Under the pieces are notes generated by a model. That model was not told where the DNA came from. It did not search any database and saw only the letters and a program-made list of their open reading frames with translations. A DNA stretch of 63,208 bases, counting the filler, from Choristocarpus tenellus KU-1152 (taxonomy: Eukaryota; Protista; Phaeophyceae): NCBI GenBank assembly GCA_964200185.2. It is 10 parts of 10 records of this genome, joined end to end, with 100 filler letters (N's around TTAATTAATTAA, not from the genome) between each part and the next. Parts side by side here need not be neighbours in the genome. Positions count along the whole stretch, not along the records: positions 49,735 to 60,422 come from CAXNAD020002785.1; positions 60,523 to 63,208 come from CAXNAD020025654.1; 8 more parts are not named here. The stretch is one strand, 5' to 3'. Positions 58,277-63,208 of this stretch are shown here, in pieces. Made by a program: the position numbers and the translations under genes. Position 1 is the first letter of the stretch. Each line of letters begins with the position of its first letter.

Positions 58277-59976
58277 CAGTAAGGGTCCCACTTTAGTGCT
58301 GCCCAGATTACTTCATGTCCCGCAACAGTGCGGTTAAAATCGCTTGGCACGACTTCGGTAACCGCACTATGGAGGGATGTACCCCCGATAGTGCCGTTAG
58401 GGGGTCATGATGACCCTGAATAGTGCGGTCACCACACATTCTCTCTCTACACACCACACACACAGAGAGAAAACCTGTCATACTGTACTACAGCAGTACT
58501 ACTGTTGTGCAGCAGTAGGCATGTATGTACCACGTGATGCCCTGTGCTGCAGGTGAGCTATGCCTGTTTCCCGACATGCCCCAAAAGAACCTAACGGCCA
58601 TGTATGCCAAGGAGGGTGTGGTGGTCTGCTCCACGGCACCTGTGGTAAAGTGGAGCCGGAGAGCGGCAACGAATTGCACCGCATCTGCCCCACATGCATT
58701 GCTGCCAACCAGTCTGCCAACCAGTCCTCGCAAGCTGCCGTGGGCAATCGCAAACTTGGTGCGGCATCTTCCTTGGGAGGGCCTGGAGCTGCCAAGAAAG
58801 CAGCATGCACGTCCCGCGGATGGCTGACTCTGGGGCAGAAGCTGGAAGTTGTGGAGTGCTGGGTACTCACATCAAGATAGCTGCTGGGCTCACGAGCGGG
58901 CAACGGTAAAAGACCAGGAGAATGTCGTAGAGGCTCTGGAGCTCGACGGGGTGGAAGAGGTTACAGAGTATTTAAACATGCACATGCAAGAGGTACCCGA
59001 AAACGTGTCCGACGATGAAAAAGAGGGTGGGGAAGATGACTCTGGGAGACGTGAAGTTGAGGTGCCTCCGCCTTATTTGGAACTTTCTTCCCACTTCCAT
59101 CACTTGGAGACCATCGCCGAGAAATGTGGCATGCAGGAGGCCGCTTTCCACCTACAGAAGGCCAGGATGGCAATGATCAATGCGCATGCCTCTAAGCCTG
59201 TACGACAGACATACACTAGAGCCTTTGCGAGCCTACCAGAGAGGGATATGTAGTGGAGAGCGAGGTAGTAGTGGTTCAGTATCTTAATTTCAGCTGTATT
59301 TGTCTTGATTTTCAGGTGTATCGCTGGTGGTCCTGTTCGGTTACGGTTCGGTGTAGAAGCGACGAGTAGGCTCGGGCACAGGCAGTCAGTCCTCCTGCTC
59401 TGCGCTCTGACACATGGTGGATTTGAGTGCGGTGTGCGGTGATACGAGTACAGTATGAATGGATCGTCATCAGGGCTCTGAGCATGAGCCATACTCTGAA
59501 ACGTATCGTGTATTGCAATGATATGCGTGAGATATAACAACACTACAGCAGGACCATACTGCTGTTATTCCCTTTCTGGATACACTACGTACTGTACAGT
59601 ACTGCTGTACATCGCCCAGTACCACTGTCTATGCGATATGGCACAATGTGCATGGTACGGAATGCGCTGCCACAAACACAACAGTTACAGCTTCATACAG
59701 CAGTACAGTACCCGAAATAAGCAGCCGCGACCGTCCTCTCATAACACTCGATATTATCCACATGGCCGCACATGTTTTTGTGCGGTAGGCGATACTGCCG
59801 TACCAGGTATGTGTTTACGGTGTATCATTACTCCGAAATACGCGCGTATGTAAATGATTTCCTCGAATAGTGCGGTGATCGCACTATTCAGGAACGTTAA
59901 CGAATAGTGCGGGGTCCCGCAATAGTGCGGTAAATGCTTCTTGTCACTACACCGCACTAAAGTGGGACCCTTACTG
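58277..59976 (+). mobile_element. Internally deleted pogo/Tigger-like (Tc1-mariner) DNA transposon, 1700 bp
   Basis: Perfect 23-bp TIRs CAGTAAGGGTCCCACTTTAGTGC and TA TSD on both sides. Subterminal ATAGTGCGG repeats. The HTH start (WLTLGQKLEVV) is joined to an acidic C-terminal piece ending KPVRQTYTRAF, and the DDE core is missing. Confidence 0.88.
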
Positions 59977-60359
59977 TACACAGTAGTGAGTCACAACAAA
60001 CGTCTTTATAGTTCCACATTCATCCGACCACTCGTCACACACCAATAATAGAATATCCTACAACCATTGTCACTACTTTGTTTTTATTGTTGAGTGATGG
60101 GTAAGGACAGGTACACGTACCCTTCTGTTGTGTTTCCCAAACTTTATGATGAAGTACGTGTACTTGGAGGAGAATATGACGTCAACCAAGTTTAAAACTT
60201 GATGTTTAAGTTGTGTATCAAGCGTTCCTTTGATGGAACCTGACAGAGGCCACCTGAGTACGTGTGAATGTGTTGCATTATATTTTTTTGCACTCAAATT
60301 TCAAGTCAGTTGTCGGTTTCAGATTTTCACATATACATTGATGATACTAATAATAGCTT

Positions 60360-60422
60360 CCTGGATGAGCTGGCTACCCACATGGTAGGAGGGAGAGGAG
60401 CGGGAGGATATGGTAGGAAAGG
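60360..60422 (+). mobile_element. 5'-truncated fragment of the RLE non-LTR family
   Basis: LDELATHMVGGRGAGGYGRK matches LDELATHMVGGRGTGGFSRK at ~9345-9400. Confidence 0.8.
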
Positions 60423-60590
60423 NNNNNNNNNNNNNNNNNNNNNNNNNNNNNNNNNNNNNNNNNNNNTTAATTAATTAANNNNNNNNNNNNNNNNNNNNNN
60501 NNNNNNNNNNNNNNNNNNNNNNTAACTGTCCGATAGAGTTGGAAGAGTCTAATCGAACACCCGTCCTCTTTCTGTACTTACCCATGATAG

Positions 60591-62614
60591 GAGATGGTGT
60601 ATCCGGTGGGTCCTTCCGTCCAGTTCTATAAAATGTTCCTGGATGAGGAAGTTAAGGAGCACTTCTCTTCTTACGACATGCTGGCAATGATCGAGTGGGA
60701 TGTCATTGTCGTGCACGGCACGTCGTTTGACAAACTCTACCGAGCGGCGTTTAGCGACGATGAGTCATTTTGGGTGAAGGGAAGCACGCTGGATGGAGTC
60801 AACTTCCACACCACGGCAATTATGGGAGACTCCTGGCATGTCCTCGGCCACCTCAATGGAAACGCAACTTACAACAACAAAGATCCATTGTTCAAATTGT
60901 TTTTGAAGTACACTAGAGACCAATGGGGCTAGTTTTACCCCTTCGACGTTGCAATTTGGGCCAGCCTATCGGACTTTCCGTACAGCTGGCTCTTGTGGCA
61001 GCGCTACTCACGCAAATTTGTGGCTTCAAGCTTGGTGAGAAGATTCAAAATAAATCCCTGTATAGTGGTTGGATCTCCCAGGAAAATGAAAAGATTTCTG
61101 TGAGACCCAAACTCGTTTTCTACCATATGTGTGTTCACAGAGGGATAACGATGTTGTTAGCCTTCTCCTTAGAAGTTCTGTAAACTCATCTCGTATTTGC
61201 TTGATGTTATGTCAAATAGTACAGTACATTTTCTTTATGTTGAAAGGGCACATACTAATGCAAACTCTTTCACTTCTTACTATATGGAATGGTTCTCTCT
61301 TTTCTGTTCAGATTTCAAATGTCGGCTTCCTTGATGTGAGCCATGACGTACTGGAGCGTGCCGTAGGTGGGGATACCCTTCTTGTTCATGGGAGTACCAC
61401 TGGAACTGGCAGCAAGATTTATAGCAAAACAGAAGAAGGGACGAAATCCCATTTTTATAGGTCTATTGGTGAAAGCAATTGTACACAATCTTGCGGTGAC
61501 AGAAAAAGTGTAGACTTGCCCAAGGGCACAAGTACTGTTTGCGATCCCTCATGCTCACTAGACGGAGGCAAGCTCCTACCCCGTTTTGAAGGGTATATTT
61601 GTGGGGCTGGTGATGATTTTAAGTATGGGAAGGGCTGCCTCCTTTGCTACACTGACCTGCACCAGGCACAGAGAGCGGATATGGCTCTTCGGGATCGCTC
61701 AGTGCAAGATTTGGACAGAGCATCCAATCAGTCTTGCCATGAACGGCCACATGTCATCATGTGTGACACACTTTCACCACACCCAGCAAAAAATTGTCCT
61801 AAGGAATGCAGTACTCACGAGACTGCGGTGAGTGACAAGGTGGCTGATTCATGCTTATTTCGAAGATACAAGGGTTGTATAGTGGAAGGTTGACTGAAAC
61901 AGTGGGATGCGAATGGATTGTCACTTACTCTGCCTGTCACCCTGAACTCAATATATTTCAAACTATGTAGAACGATTTGTCCATTGCTCAGCAGTGGAGG
62001 CCCACAATCTCATGATGACATACTATGCATTTACCGTACCTCAAAGGTATTGTACCAACCAACCGGCCTCGTATACATTTACACAATCCAGCACAGATTC
62101 CTTTTTCAACACCCTGATCCGCTGCTGCAATATATGCTCCGGTTGTGTTGAAGGTATGTGATGCTACCTGCAGTGATCAACGTTTTGGAGATTACAACTG
62201 TCATTTTATGGGTTATCACTCCTGTCGCTCATGCTTCAATGATGTGAAGAAAGCCCGTAAAGCAGACACCATTGTACGCCTTCAGGGTGAGAGGGCCATA
62301 ATGTGTAACACCCATGAGCCTCCATTGCCACAATCTTATAATGGAGAGGTTAGCGAGGATCTGGTTGTTGGAATGGAGGGTAGTGAGGGAGATGATTCTG
62401 GTGAGGAGGGTGATGTTGTGACATCTGAAGGCTACGCACCAACACAACGATTCAGGGTACGCACCATCGACCACAGGCATTACTGTGTTGTAATACGGGG
62501 CTACCAGAATGTGGTCGCGGAAACATTCTTGACAGTGGAAAGCGTGTGCCACTTCATGGCGGGAGCGAAGGTTGTCATTGCCACAAACCCAGCATCATTC
62601 TTTTCTTTAAAGAG
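60591..62614 (+). CDS. Partial multidomain glycosyltransferase-like / Cys-rich protein with an in-frame TAG (possible pseudogene)
   Basis: Exons 60591-61034, 61312-61827, 62154-62614 are phase-consistent. Contains IEWDV, GHLNGNATY and YPFDVAIW motifs, two similar Cys-rich modules (CDxxCS..RF..Y.C..C..C..D..A..AD..IMC), then YCVVIRGY..VESV. TAG at 60930-60932. The GT assignment is by motif impression only. Confidence 0.55.
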
Positions 62615-63208
62615 GTGAGCGAAGTGTAAGGTTTAGCATTTTAAGCATAAGCAAGTGTGGTAGCTGTCTTTTTCATGTACTTTCTCCAGAGCTGAAAACG
62701 TAGAAACTAACCCTTCTTGTCCTTTTTTTTGGTGATGTATATATATTGATATATTGTACCTTTTCGGTCTAGTTGTAGTTTCAGGGGCAGGTGCAACCTT
62801 GCGTTATTGCACGTGAGTCTTTGTTCAGAAAGTACAGAATGCATCTCTGGAGCTAGTACTTCTTAAAACACGTTCAATGGAAAGTTTATTGTGGCTGCTG
62901 TCTTATCGCTACAAACATATTGCAAGCTATAAATATCTCATTTCACCATATCAGAGGCTGGGAACCTACCAAGTACAATCCTTTGGCATCACCTAACAAA
63001 TGAGTGCTCTCCCTGATGAGTCACCTCAATTTATTTGGTTCCCCTTGCACCCAATCTAGGACCTCATGTTTGACAGTCTCTGCATTAAGATGACCTGTCA
63101 CATATGAGTATGTTTCCTTTGATGGTATATTAGGTTTAGGAGCGTATATACCATGTTAAAGAAACTGGTGTTCCCAAGACTTGTGTGTGTAAATAACTCG
63201 ATTATTTC

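Noticed and set aside
60930-60932. Stop-codon reassignment (TAG as sense)
   Set aside because: It is the only in-frame TAG among the host genes reconstructed here, and TAG ends the FNIP ORF right after its repeats. Other internal stops are in decayed transposons.

Overview
This is eukaryotic, intron-rich DNA and not one continuous locus. It consists of ten short contigs (1-10653, 10754-15644, 15745-29089, 29190-32083, 32184-35947, 36048-39054, 39155-45117, 45218-49634, 49735-60422, 60523-63208) joined by nine artificial 100-nt linkers (44 N + TTAATTAATTAA + 44 N). Neighbourhood only has meaning within a contig. A BolA presequence of signal-peptide + 'SAF' type suggests an alga with complex plastids (ochrophyte, probably brown-algal lineage); this is inference. 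Spliced genes reconstructed by hand: a fidgetin-like 1 AAA ATPase, the 5' part of the AP-1 gamma subunit, the 5' part of a TMTC O-mannosyltransferase, an APC-family polyamine/amino-acid transporter, BolA, the 3' part of a PPR protein, a glycosyltransferase-like/Cys-rich gene carrying an in-frame TAG, and a gene that appears to join the end of a tubulin-tyrosine-ligase-like (TTLL) ATP-grasp domain to a JmjC/cupin-like domain. There is also an intronless FNIP-repeat gene. The rest is transposon debris: an RLE-type non-LTR element, Copia pieces and LTRs, IS630-Tc1-mariner-like and pogo-like DNA transposons, two related MITE families, foldback elements and a 16-bp minisatellite. The most interesting observations are the TTLL-JmjC fusion, the intronless FNIP gene, and a 64-bp duplication of a complete 3' splice site in the fidgetin-like gene.
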